This document shows positions 49,792 through 60,400 of a DNA stretch of 64,000 bases, in pieces; the stretch's first letter is position 1; each line of letters begins with the position of its first letter. The notes under the pieces are model-generated. The model did not search any database and had not been told where the DNA came from. It saw only the letters and a list, made by a program, of their open reading frames with translations. Position numbers and translations under genes: made by a program. The DNA comes from Callorhinchus milii (taxonomy: Eukaryota), in the NCBI RefSeq assembly GCF_018977255.1, contig NW_024704742.1, positions 77,688,001 to 77,752,000 on the forward strand, written 5' to 3'.

Positions 49792-49940
49792 AACAATAAT
49801 CATTGCATTCGATAGAGCGCCTCATCACGTCTTCGAGACGCCTCGAAGCGCTTCGCAGAGTGAACTGTAAAGTGAATTGACTGCGCGTTTCGTGGGCGAA
49901 ACGCGGCGGCCGATTGCGCGCGGCAGCGCCACACAGACAG
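49792..49940 (-). mobile_element. Old SINE tail with strong GC/CpG gain at the CpG-island edge
   Basis: Aligns without gaps to the SINE tail consensus but carries about 20 A/T->G/C differences. Confidence 0.85.
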
Positions 49941-50265
49941 GGGGGGATTTTGTTTCCGTGGGTAACGGTCCTTACGTTTGAATGGGGTTTGAATGTCACT
50001 AACGGTCAGTGTTTAAGTGTAACGGTCCGGGATGGAATGTAACTGTTTTACGGCAAAGTCCGGAGCCGCATTCCCGCGCACGCGCACTGCGCAGTGTGGC
50101 GGCCGGGGGCGTTGTGCGCAGGCGCGGTGCGGTGCTCAGGCCGGGCTGTGAGGAGGTGCGGGCGCCGCAGTGACCGACAAATGGCGGTGACGAGGGCACA
50201 GGACAGCGCTCCAGGTACCGCGGGGGGAGGGGAGCGGCGCGAAGCCGGGACCAGCAGGGTAGCCC
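49800..50265 (+). promoter_or_regulatory. MPDZ: CpG-island promoter of MPDZ with NRF1-like and YY1-like motifs
   Basis: The only CpG-dense block in the window. GCGCACGCGCA (50076-50086) and TGCGCAGGCGCG (50115-50126) are NRF1-like; CAAATGGCGG (50178-50187) is YY1-like. Lies 6.8 kb upstream of the ATG exon. Confidence 0.8.
50090..50214 (+). other. MPDZ: Probable 5' UTR first exon of MPDZ (start approximate)
   Basis: Lies in the CpG island and ends at the donor CAG|GTACCG. Exon 2 has an acceptor upstream of its ATG, so an upstream exon is required. Confidence 0.6.
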
Positions 50266-51810
50266 TCACCCCAGCCCACACCCTCCCCCCCCCACACCAG
50301 CCCCCTCTCCCCCCCACCCTCCCACCCCCACACCCACCCCCCCCTCTCCCCCCCACACCCTCCCCCCCCCCCCCCCCCTCTCCCCCCACACCCTCCCCCC
50401 CACACCAGCCCCATCTCCCCCCCCACCCCCCCCTCTCCCCCCACACCCACACCCCCTCCCCCCCCCACCCCCACCCCCACACCCACCCCCTCTCCCCCCC
50501 CCCCCACACCCCCCTCTCCCCCCACACACCCAGCTCTCCCCCCCACCCCACCCCTTCCCCCCACACACCCCCACTCCCCCCCCACCCACCCCTCCCCCCC
50601 ACACCCACCCCCCCTCCCCCCCACACCCCCCCCCCCCCCCCCCCCCCCCCTCTCCCCCACACCACACCCCTCTCCCCCCCCACCCCCCCACCACCCACCC
50701 CCCCCCTCCCCCCCACACCACCCCCCTCCCCCCCCACACCCCCCCCTCTCCCCCCACACACCCCCTCTCCCCCCCACCCACCCCCCCTCCCCCCCCCCAC
50801 ACCCAGCCCCCTCTCCCCCCACACACCCCACCCCCCCCACCAGGCCCTCTCCCCCCCACACCCAGCCCCCCTCTCCCCCCCCACCCACCCCCCTCCCCCC
50901 CCACACCCAGGCCCCCTCTCCCCCCCACACCCCCCCCTCCCCCCCACACCCACCCCCTCTCCCCCCACACCACCCCCATCTCCCCCCACACCCAGCCCCC
51001 TCTCCCCCCCACACCAGCCCCCTCCCCCCCACACCCAGGCCCCTCTCCCCCCACATCCCACCCCCCTCTCCCCCCACACCCCCCCCCTCCCCCCCACACC
51101 CAGCCCCTCTCCCCCCACACCACCCCCCTCTCCCCCCCCACACCCAGCCCCCCTCTCCCCCCCCACACCCACCCCCCTCTCCCCCCCACCCAGGCCCCCT
51201 CTCCCCCCCACACCAGGCCCCCCTCTCCCCCCCCACACCCCCCTCCCCCCCCCACACCCAGGCCCATCTCCCCCCACATCATCCCCAGCCCCCCTCTCCC
51301 CCCCCCACACCACCATCTCCCCCCCATACCCCTCCCCCCCCACACCCCCCCCTCTCCCCACACCAGCCCCATCTCCCCCCCATACCAGCCCCCCTCCCCC
51401 CCCCCCACACCCCCCCCCTCTCCCCCCCATACCAGCCCCCTCTCCCCCCCCACACCCCGGCCCCCTCTCCCCCCCCCCCCCCAGGCCCATCTCCCCCCCA
51501 TCATCCCCAGCCCCCCTCTCCCCCCCCCACCAGCCCCATCTCCCCCCCCCCACACCAGCCCCATCTCCCCCCCACAAGCAGCTCCCCTCTCCCCCCACCC
51601 AGCCCCCTCTCCCCCCACACTCCAGCCCTCTCTCCCCCACACATCCAGCCCCCTCTCTCCCACACCCAGCCCCCTCCCCACACCCACCCCCCCCCACACC
51701 CACCCCCCCACACTCAACCCCCCTTCTCATCCCCACACTCAGCCCCCCTCTCACTCCCACACCCAGTCGCCCCTCTCACCCTACACACCCAGCCCATACC
51801 CCCAAACCCA
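50262..51810. repeat. C-rich degenerate minisatellite (~20-bp unit CCCCACACCCAGCCCCCTCTC)
   Basis: About 1.5 kb of C runs separated by ACA/TCT/AG, with very few G on the + strand. Confidence 0.95.
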
Positions 51811-51969
51811 GCCTCCTCTCACAGAAACAGCCCCTCTCCTCGGTAGAGCATTCGTCCCCCGAACAGAGCCTCCCCACAACCAGAGGTCCCACTCCCATCC
51901 ATCCCCAGCTGGAGCCCACAGCAGTTAGTGCTGTGGGACCTTAATGTCTACCTGAACAGGCAGACAGGA

Positions 51970-52110
51970 ACAAAACACAAAATAATGCAGATGCTGGAAT
52001 CTGAAATAAAAACAGAGAGAGCTGTGAAAACTCAGCAGGTCAGGCAGCATCTGTAGAGAAAGGAATGTGAGTCAATGTTTCGGGTCCACGACCCTTCCTC
52101 AGAACTCCTG
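51970..52110 (-). mobile_element. Penelope terminal-repeat fragment inserted in a Deu-SINE
   Basis: Reverse complement of 32559-32698. Flanked by CAGG(C/T)AGACAGGA direct repeats (51957-51969 and 52112-52124). Confidence 0.8.
52069..52107 (-). ncRNA. Minimal type I hammerhead ribozyme motif (Penelope-type), probably inactivated
   Basis: Minus strand reads GAGTT-CTGAGGA-A-GGGTC-GTG-GACCC-GAAA-CATT-GACTC. Confidence 0.65.
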
Positions 52111-53480
52111 TCAGGTAGACAGGACCTCAGTTTAACATCTCATCAAAAGGAAGGCACCTCCAACATTGCAGCTCTTACCCTGCACTGTATTGGCTTGTCA
52201 TCTTAGAGTGAGTTCAGCTGGGTGCCGACACATGTGGAAACCTATCACCATGTTTAAGAGTATCCATGCATCCCACCTACACATGGAAATTCCAGAGATA
52301 AATTGTTGGGATCTTGCATCCACAATGTTCTGACTCAGACTAGTGTAGTACCAACTGAGTCAGGCAGACATCATCCCTCGTAACATCAACATCTTTGGCA
52401 GGGTTAACACATTTGAAATGTTTAATTTATTGTTAACACTTGTGCTTTTAATTTCAAATTACCAATTTATGTGGATATTAATCCTGTTTGATTTGGATAC
52501 TCTTTAGCATCCAACATCCGTCTGACCCCCAAAAATAACTCCAGGACGATAGTTTTGTAAACTTTCTCATGTATCTTTTTAGTAATATTCTGCAATTTAT
52601 TAAGGCAGTTTTAATTGACTATGTTTGCTTTTTAACCAGTGATAAATATAATGGATAGTATTAACTGTCAGGATGCACTTTGTACTTAATGTATGGTGAT
52701 GTTCACATTGAAGGATTGATAACTGATATAATTACTGCAGGCTTGATAATGTAGCAACCAACAGTTGGTTGCTGGTACTTATCTTCTGTATTGTGTTATG
52801 TATTTACATTTCGAAGGAATCTTCAAAAGTTAATTCTGTAGAAAAACTAGTCCTGAATATCCTCCATACCTGGTAACTACTCCCTCTTCTACATTAACGA
52901 AGATGCTATTCAGGGCTTTGTCAGACTCATTAATCTGTTAATCAGTATTAACTTTAAGGATTCTGCTTCAGTAGCTTTAATCTAAATGAAATGCATTTGT
53001 TTGAACAACAGGGTGAGTTTGCCATAAATGTTGGATATTTAATATTATTGTTAAAAATTGAATGGCTAGTTTACATCAGTCAGTTTATATACCTTAGTAA
53101 AATAGGTTTCTACATCTTTTTGGAAGCTCATTTGTATTTATAAAGTCCACCTAATATTTTTGTTACACTTGTTTAGATATTCAGATTATGGNTTTTTTCT
53201 GTTGTAAGTGTGGACTATATTCCTGGTTTGTTTTAGTTATAGAACCTCTCCATGAATCGGGCTGAGTTATCAAACCTATTCAGATTAGTTCAGTTTTGTC
53301 AGCAGCATTGGGTAGAACACATTTTATACAAGGCTATCAACTGCTATATTGTGCCCACTTTAATAAGATTGACAACTAGATAATTAATTGATTATTTAAT
53401 TTTCTGTCTCCTTAAATTTTTGAATATGTGGACCTTATAAAAATAGCTTTTTATCATCTGGGTATTTGACATGCACAAAC

Positions 53481-53710
53481 TCACCATGTTAAACAGTCTT
53501 CAACCCATACTACTGTGAGTTCCACAAATGTATGCTCTCTGTTGGTCGTGTATCAAATGCGCCCTTTCCCTGGAGGAACAAACTCTGTTTACCTATCCCG
53601 AAGAGTTTAGGCAAGATTAGAAAAAAATGCATGAGGCAGTAGGATATTGAAAAATAATTCCACAGGGAAGGGGCAAAGTGGCTGGAAGTTTGCCCACTGA
53701 TAGTCGGATG
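53481..53710 (-). repeat. Repeat family X (minus-strand copy; a further fragment at 52218-52300)
   Basis: Reverse complement reads CTCTTCGGGATAGGTAAACAGAGTTTGTTCCTCCAGGGAAAGGGCGCAT, matching the other copies. Confidence 0.65.
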
Positions 53711-53989
53711 AGCGGCATGAAGTTGTATAATTATCAGATGGAAAGATATGATACATTTTGCAGTTTTGTTTACTCAGCAGACATACACCTCTTTGTCTGT
53801 ATCAAGACAATTTATTCCCAGTACTTTCAGGTCATTTGTATATCAAAGGGCTAAGTATAGAACAAGATGAAGAAAGAAAGCAGAACCTTAGACACCTAGG
53901 ACTGGAGTACTAATATATTCTACTATCCTCTGATGGGGACCTAAGCTGGTCTTGGGGCTGAGCTGGATTCAAGGGAATGATGAAATTGA

Positions 53990-54415
53990 ATCAATCTCTG
54001 GTGGTCTCAGTAGTGGTACCTGAGCCGGATGGGTACACAATACTCCCAAGACATTGCTGGTAACAGACAAGACAGTTTGGCTCATCAGTAGGACTTGGAG
54101 CGGCAGACAAGTCAATGAGGCAAGGTATTCTTCCCCCTCGGCTTCTTCCCCCCATCTGGCTTACTGTGCAAGACAGTGCCCGAACTGGGAGGGTGGTCTT
54201 GCTGGACAATCAGTCTAAGCTTGCCTGACAGTGGCCTCGGTGGCAAGCTATGTGGTTTTACCTGGTTAAACTTCAGAAGTACCCACAACTTACTGGAGTC
54301 CCTAACCCTTAGGTCTTGACAGCTTGTGCCTAATACTCCTTCGGGAGAGGGCGCACATACCATTTCAGGCACAAAAAAAAATCCACATGTAGGTGGCATG
54401 CATTTCTGGAACTCG
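53990..54415 (+). repeat. Repeat family X (long copy)
   Basis: Aligns to 33020-33358 (GTCTC.GTA..GGT.CCT.AGCC, GACTTGGA.GGCAGAC.AGTCA, family core). Confidence 0.75.
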
Positions 54416-55019
54416 TGAGTCTGGTTTGGGCATTTTTAAGCATTCTGATGGGTTTCTAAATGCGTCAGATATCTGGCTGACTAAACAATATTTTAAAATA
54501 CCAAAATAATGAAATTGTTGACTAGGACGCCAGAAGAAACTGGCATTGTAGCTTATGGTGGGAATTTGTTTTAAAAACAAAGCAATTAACTTTTCCTTGA
54601 AGGACATTCTCCTTGCAAGGCAGATTTTTGTTGGAAATTTTGGAATGAAGAGTCTTATTTTACTATAAGAAACTTGGCATGTAGAAATACAGATATGTCC
54701 CCATATCACTGTGCAGCATTGGATGTTAATAATGTGAATCAATATTAATTTCAAAAATTGGTGGTGTGGTGGCACAAAATGTCGGTGCTCATGATCCGTC
54801 AGATAATGTTCATGGTTCAGCATTGCTACTGTGACAAGCTGGATGTTTTAGAAGAAGAATTCCTGAGAGCCATTCCAGCCTTCAATTTCAGAGAACATTG
54901 GTGGAAATCAACTAAAGATCACTCATTTGTCCTGTTGATGGGATTTTACAATTTGCATTTATATCATACCTTTCATGTTGGGAGAAAATAATTTATAGTG
55001 TTGGTTGGACACCCGAACT

Positions 55020-56190
55020 GGTGGTGGGAGCCAAGGGAGGTGAAAGATGACTGAAAGCACGGTCAAATAAGTACATTTTGAAATGTGCCTTGAAAGATGG
55101 GAGAGAGTGAGTCAAGAGTGGAACCTGGATAGAGTTACAGAGAGCAGCGGCATAATGGCTGAAAGCCTGCCCACCAATAGTGGGTTGGATAAGGTATGGG
55201 ATATGAAGCAGGCCATTGCTTGCTGAGCAAAGGAAGCGTCTGGGTCAGTACATTTGAAGGAGGTCGCAGAGGTAGTGATGGGGTGAGACTATGGAGGGAT
55301 TTAAAGGTGAAACCAAGGATCTCAAACCCAATATGCTTAGGGAGGGGAGCTAATGAAGCCAAATAAGGGTGGGGTTGAGGGCACGCAGAGTCTAATGTGA
55401 GAGAGGACCATGGCCTGCAGAATTCTGGTCAATATGCAGCTTGTAGGAAGAGCTGGGTAAGCCAGCAAACAGTCTGTTCATGTAATAAAGCCTGGACATG
55501 ATAAACGCATAGGTCAGAGTCTTGGCGGCCCAAGGGGGAGGCAATGGCAGAGGTGGACAATATTTTGGAGGTGGGGGAAAGCAGATGGAGTTGCAGCAGG
55601 AATATGGGGTTTGAAAGAGTTGGGGAGTCAGACAAGACACCAAAGTTCTGCACTGGCTCTGCTAGATAGAGCGTGCATCCATGTAGATTGGTGTTAGTAC
55701 CTGAGGTGAGAATGTGCTGATGGGAGCCAAGCAGAAGAGCCTCTGTCTTATCGATATTCAACTTAAGATAGTTAGAGTTTATCTAGGACTGACAGACAAT
55801 CAGTCAGAAAAACAGTGCTCCTGGAATTAAGGGTGGAAGCACAGAGGTAGAGCTGGTGGTCAGCTGCGTACAAGTGGAGGTGAACCCCACGCGTGCAGTG
55901 GGAACATATAGATAGTGAAGAGGAGACGGTCGATGATGGGGCTCAGAGGACCCCTGCATGTGACTCAAGGATGGGAGAGAAGCCGTTTGAAGAGACAAAG
56001 TGGAATTGCTGAGATGGGTAAGAGTGAAACCAAGATGGGACAGAACCATGAAGGTGGAGGAGGGAGGAGAGGTAGTAGAGAAGGATAGGATGGTCAAAGG
56101 TGTCGAAAGCAGCAGAGATTGAGGAGGCAGAGAGACTGGTTGGAGATGGGGAGAATATAATTGGTGACTTCAACCAGGAAGATGCATTGT
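55020..56190 (-). mobile_element. L2 LINE RT-to-3' fragment in MPDZ intron 1
   Basis: ISAAFDTFDHPILL, LYAADHQLYL, LNIDKTEALLLGS, AFIMSRLYY.N.L.AGLP. Confidence 0.88.
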
Positions 56191-56209
56191 TTTGTACTTG
56201 TTATTCAAT

Positions 56210-56580
56210 AAGTCAATCGCAAGCAAGAGGACCTGGGTTCGATTCCCAGTTAAATAGCCATGAGGGCGAAATTTTTGGCAAGCTTGCTTTACTCCACACG
56301 CCTTTGTTTGCCTAGCAGTAAGTAGGAACCTGGTTGTTCTATTGGCAGATCACGTTTTTGGGAGTAATCCCTTCCCAACAAAAATAAATTTAAAAAATAG
56401 TAATAATTCAGTCACTCAATCCAGAACTGTTTGTGAGACATTACTGTACGCAGTTGACTGCCGCGTTTCTCCCACAAAATATTTAGTCAATCCACTTTAC
56501 AGTATATTCTGCGAAGCGCTTTGAGACATCTCAAAAGACATGATAAGGCACTATATCGAATGCAAGGATTATTATTATTA
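56210..56580 (+). mobile_element. tRNA-derived SINE, long subfamily
   Basis: GGGTTCGATTCCC, GCCTTTGTTTGCCTAGCAGTAAGTAGGAACC and shared tail. Confidence 0.85.
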
Positions 56581-57065
56581 ACTAAAATGAACCTACTTGT
56601 GTAAAGACCATATTTGTTGCTTTTTGGAAAGCTGAACCTTCATTTCAAAGAGCATTTGTATTTCATGGAACTGTATATACTTTGAAAAAAATATTTATGC
56701 TGCAGTGAGCCACAAATCTAGAGTTTTAAATGCCTTTGAAGTTTCTTAATAAAATGAAGTTGAGAAAGGATCCATTTTGTAGCAGAGAACATCTTCTGAC
56801 CTGTGTGTGTGGGAGAGGTAGGGTTTAGAATTAGTAGTGACATCTAATCCTCATGGCTACTTACTGACTAAGCGATTGACTGCTGACTATAAATGATGTA
56901 TGTTAAATGTGACTAAGTTGATGAGTCCAACCAGATGCAGACAAAACAAAATGTGAATTTTTTGATATATGTTTTCTGGATTTTATATAAAATTGTGTAT
57001 TTTTTTTCAGGACAAATTTAATAGGATTTTGGTTCCAGAGGATTGATTTCATTTCACCACTCGAG

Positions 57066-57081
57066 ATGTTGGAAGGTGTAG
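57066..57081 (+). CDS. MPDZ: MPDZ first coding exon (exon 57011-57081; 16 coding nt, MLEGV plus G)
   Basis: Acceptor TTTTTTTCAG|, ATG TTG GAA GGT GTA G|GTAAGA. The phase-1 junction joins the next exon as GAT (Asp). Matches the recalled mammalian start MLEAID. Confidence 0.88.
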
Positions 57082-57939
57082 GTAAGAAACAAGTTCAGTG
57101 TGCAGTTTTAATACAACAATGAATCTGGTAATTATCTGTTTCGAAGTATATTATTTTTGTTCACTAAACTGGCTCTGATACTGCTTGAATCGTTTAAATC
57201 TGGTAATGGATCAGATGTACTGTGAGTGGAAATCAATTTCAGTTTGGAGCACAGCTGAGCTCCAACTGTGTTTGGAGCACAGTTGAATTGACCTCTTTAA
57301 GATCAAGCCAGCTATTATTGGGGCCTCTAAAGCATTTTGAGAGGTGTGTTTAGAATGGTTTACCATATGCACTTCACATTCACTTCAGATGATAGGTTTA
57401 GGATTAATGTCCTTTTTAAGAATTAGTTGCTTCTAGGTTTTTTTTTGCTTAATTTTAAATGGGTGGGGGGGGGGGCAGTATAAGTTTAATGTATTTAAAA
57501 TTGTTTATTGGATAACTGTTTGTTGCTATGGATGAGACATTTGCTCCTTAACTCTTAGACTTGGATTAAAATCCAGATATATTTAATAACGTGAAAGATT
57601 CTTCTAAACTGACTTTGAACAATTTAAGAGAAATAAATGTGGTCAGTATCAGTTCAATTTATTGTTATAAATTGAACTACAAGTGTGTGCTAGAGGTCCG
57701 TGAAGTGACCGGATAGATACCGACTGAGCTGCCGTGCAGTTTCTTCACAGAAAACCCCCTCTTTCCCAAAAAACTTCTCTACGTCCTTCATTCCAGCTCC
57801 CCCACCACCCTGCCTCAGCGACCTCCCGACCTGGCCATTCCCTATGCAGAGCAAATACCAGCTTGCTTTGAGAGTGCTTTAAGATGTCCTTGTGCAAATG
57901 ATGTTACATTTCTTCTGTGGCCCGTGGATCTTTCTCAAA

Positions 57940-57982
57940 TAGGGAATCCGGCCTGTGGCAGCCAAAAGGTTGGACCACCCTG
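57940..57982. mobile_element. hAT-type DNA transposon terminus
   Basis: ..CCGGCCTGTGG..AAAAGGTTGGACCACCCTG (reverse complement CAGGGTGGTCCAACC) resembles a hAT/Charlie TIR. Partner end not found. Confidence 0.45.
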
Positions 57983-57984
57983 AT

Positions 57985-58212
57985 CTAAGCTGTCACTCCA
58001 ATACAGTGCTGGATGGGCACTGCATTGTTGAAGGTGCTGCCCATTGGATATAAGACATTAAACTAATTTTCAACACCAGGTCAGGTAGATGTTAAAAATG
58101 CCAGGGCACTATTTGAAGAGCGAAGGGAATTTCTCTTAAGTGTCCTGTCCAAAAGTGCTCCAGATAAATTGGCCATTCACTTCTTGGCTGTTTGCGGATC
58201 ATTGCTGTGCAT
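57985..58212 (+). mobile_element. Deu-domain SINE fragment
   Basis: GCACTGCATTGTTGAAGGTGC..GATGTTAAAAATGCCAGGGCACTATTTGAAGAG. Confidence 0.7.
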
Positions 58213-58529
58213 TTTTATTTTATGGAGGAAAACTAGTAAATCAATGATAGCCAGTAGAAACTAAGACAGAAAAATGGATTGAAGCCTGAGAGAGATATAG
58301 CAAGCAGATGAATGAAACAAGCAAATAGAACAATTTAGATTGAAGTACCATTTTATTAGAGAGAGACTGAAGAGAATTTGAATTCATTACTATGGATCAT
58401 ATTGGCTTTTTCGCCGGTGGCCTACTAAAATGGCAATAACTTGAGAGTAATGCTGAACGTTAATATAAATTAACTGTAGGTGTGCCTCCATTGCCTATGC
58501 TAGAGTGTTACTTGGGAAAGGAAGGTGAC

Positions 58530-58855
58530 TCAGAGGGGACCTCATGGAGGTATATGCTATTTTAAATGGGATTGAAACATAAACCCAGATCATTACTTTA
58601 GAATGTATCGTGACAGTAGAACAAGAGATATAGGTTTAGAATTGTAAAGGTAATTTCAGGACAAATAACAGGAAGTTTTTCTTGACTTAGAGGTTATTCA
58701 ATGACTGGAACAGGAAGGATAGTAGAGGCCAGGGCACTAGTCTGATTTTAAAAAGCACCTTGATGCAGTAATTGGGGAATGGTAGGGTGAGTGTTTTGGA
58801 TGGATGATATCAAATGGACCGAAGGGCCTTCTTTATCCTGACTGATCTTGTGAGG
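58530..58855 (+). mobile_element. CR1 LINE 3' end
   Basis: LRGDLMEVYAILNG..SRTR..FRTNNRKFF..RLFNDWN plus 3' UTR. Confidence 0.8.
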
Positions 58856-58921
58856 TGAAATTCTTCTTTTATGTGCTCCTTTTCTAAAATTTAAATTGCA
58901 TTAAATAAATTTTGCTTACAG

Positions 58922-59088
58922 ATACTCCACGAGCCTTACAGGCTCTGGAGCGTTTGCAAGCCAAACTACGAGAGCGAGGGGATGTGGTGAATGAAGAGAA
59001 GCTCAATTTATTGAGATCTGTGCTACAGAGCCCACTCTTCAATCAGATCCTGAACCTGCAGAGCTCTGTTCAACAATTGAAAGATCAG
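58922..59088 (+). CDS. MPDZ: MPDZ (multiple PDZ domain protein, MUPP1) exon encoding the N-terminal L27 domain
   Basis: TTACAG| ... |GTAAGA, 167 nt, (D)TPRALQALERLQAKLRERGDVVNEEKLNLLRSVLQSPLFNQILNLQSSVQQLKDQ. Closely matches recalled human MPDZ (RALHAAERLQTKLRERGDVANEDKLSLLKSVLQSPLFSQILSLQTSVQQLKDQ) and fits it better than the paralogue PATJ. Confidence 0.95.
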
Positions 59089-60179
59089 GTAAGAGTCATG
59101 AGATGTCCTAAAATATCAAGGTAACAAAACCTCGCTAAGATGCATTTGGCCTTGTTTTATGAATTATGGAAGCATAAAGATTTTTCACATACAAATTGTT
59201 TCAATGTTTGTATTGTGTGATTTTCAATGGTCTAACGAGAGTGGTTATTTCAGTGACATCAAAAATATACTTGTTAATAAATAAACTTCCAAGTATTGTT
59301 CAGTGGTAAGGTTTATTTTTTTTTAATTCAATCAAAATTACTTATTGTATTCTGCTCAAGATAAATTGCTTTACTCTGGCCATCACCAAAATGATGTGTG
59401 CAGTTAGTTGGGATTCAAAAACTCTTATTTTGAAAAATCATGACTTTCCACCCCTCCTCTGTTTTTCACTGATTTTTTTCTCTTTTATCTCTTCTTAGCA
59501 ATTAACTTGTTAGTATGTTTCCATGGATTTTAGTGATTCTTGGTGATCATTATTCAATTACTGAAAAGATTCCGATAAGCAACCCCATTATCACTTTCTA
59601 TAGCTTTAGTATAGCTGAAAGGCCACGGTTTGTTTACATAAGGTCACCATATGTAAACCTTCCCTGTAGAACTGGAACTTCTCCAGGAGATAGCCATAGT
59701 TTTGTGACTTCAGCCTTGATTTGCACAGAATTCAAACTTCAAATTCCTCGCTTAATTTAAGCAGCATCAAACCAGTTCTCAAACCAATAATAAGTTTCAA
59801 TATTAACCAGTTGTAGTATAATCTTTCCTGGAAAAGGAGAGACAAAGTTTTTACGTGATTCCTTACAACAGTAAAGATGCATCAGTATGGGAAACATTTT
59901 GTCCTATGCACTGCACATAAACGTAACAGTAGAGAATACCTCTGCCTGGAATGATGGATACAAATTATATTGTAACGTGAAATATTTTAACCATTGTTGT
60001 CAAAACCTCTCACATTGATTTGTATTTACCAAGTTACTATATTTTGTAAAATGTATTTTATGAAACAATTTTTTTCTAATTTTTTTCCTATCTTTTACAA
60101 TCTTGTTTGGTAGCCCATATTAGGAATACTTGGAGTACAACAATCTGAAATATTTTAATAACATTGATATTTTGGATAG

Positions 60180-60400
60180 TTGATAGGCTGGAACGCATTG
60201 CCTGAAAGGGTGGTCGAGGCCGATTCGATAACTACTTTTAAAAATGTGGTGGATGGGTATTTGAGGAGGACGGGTTTGCAGGGTTATGGGGAAAGGGCTG
60301 GGAAGTGGGATTGACATTAATTGCTCTATTCAAAGAGCCGGCACAAACTCGATGGGCCGAATGGCCTCTTTTTGTGCTGTACAATTCCCTGATTCTATGA
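60180..60400 (+). mobile_element. CR1 LINE 3' end
   Basis: WNALPERVVEADSI.TFK plus a 3' UTR ending GATTCTATGA. Confidence 0.85.

Noticed and set aside
50094..51944. 616-aa Pro-rich ORF (extensin-like) and the Gly-rich antisense ORFs of 570, 483 and 373 aa
   Set aside because: They run through the C-rich satellite, where stop codons can hardly occur in any frame. The frame depends on homopolymer lengths, and a splice donor at 50215 precedes the repeat.
58912..59124. Single-exon 70-aa ORF as listed in the track
   Set aside because: The true coding part is the spliced exon 58922-59088; the flanks are intronic.
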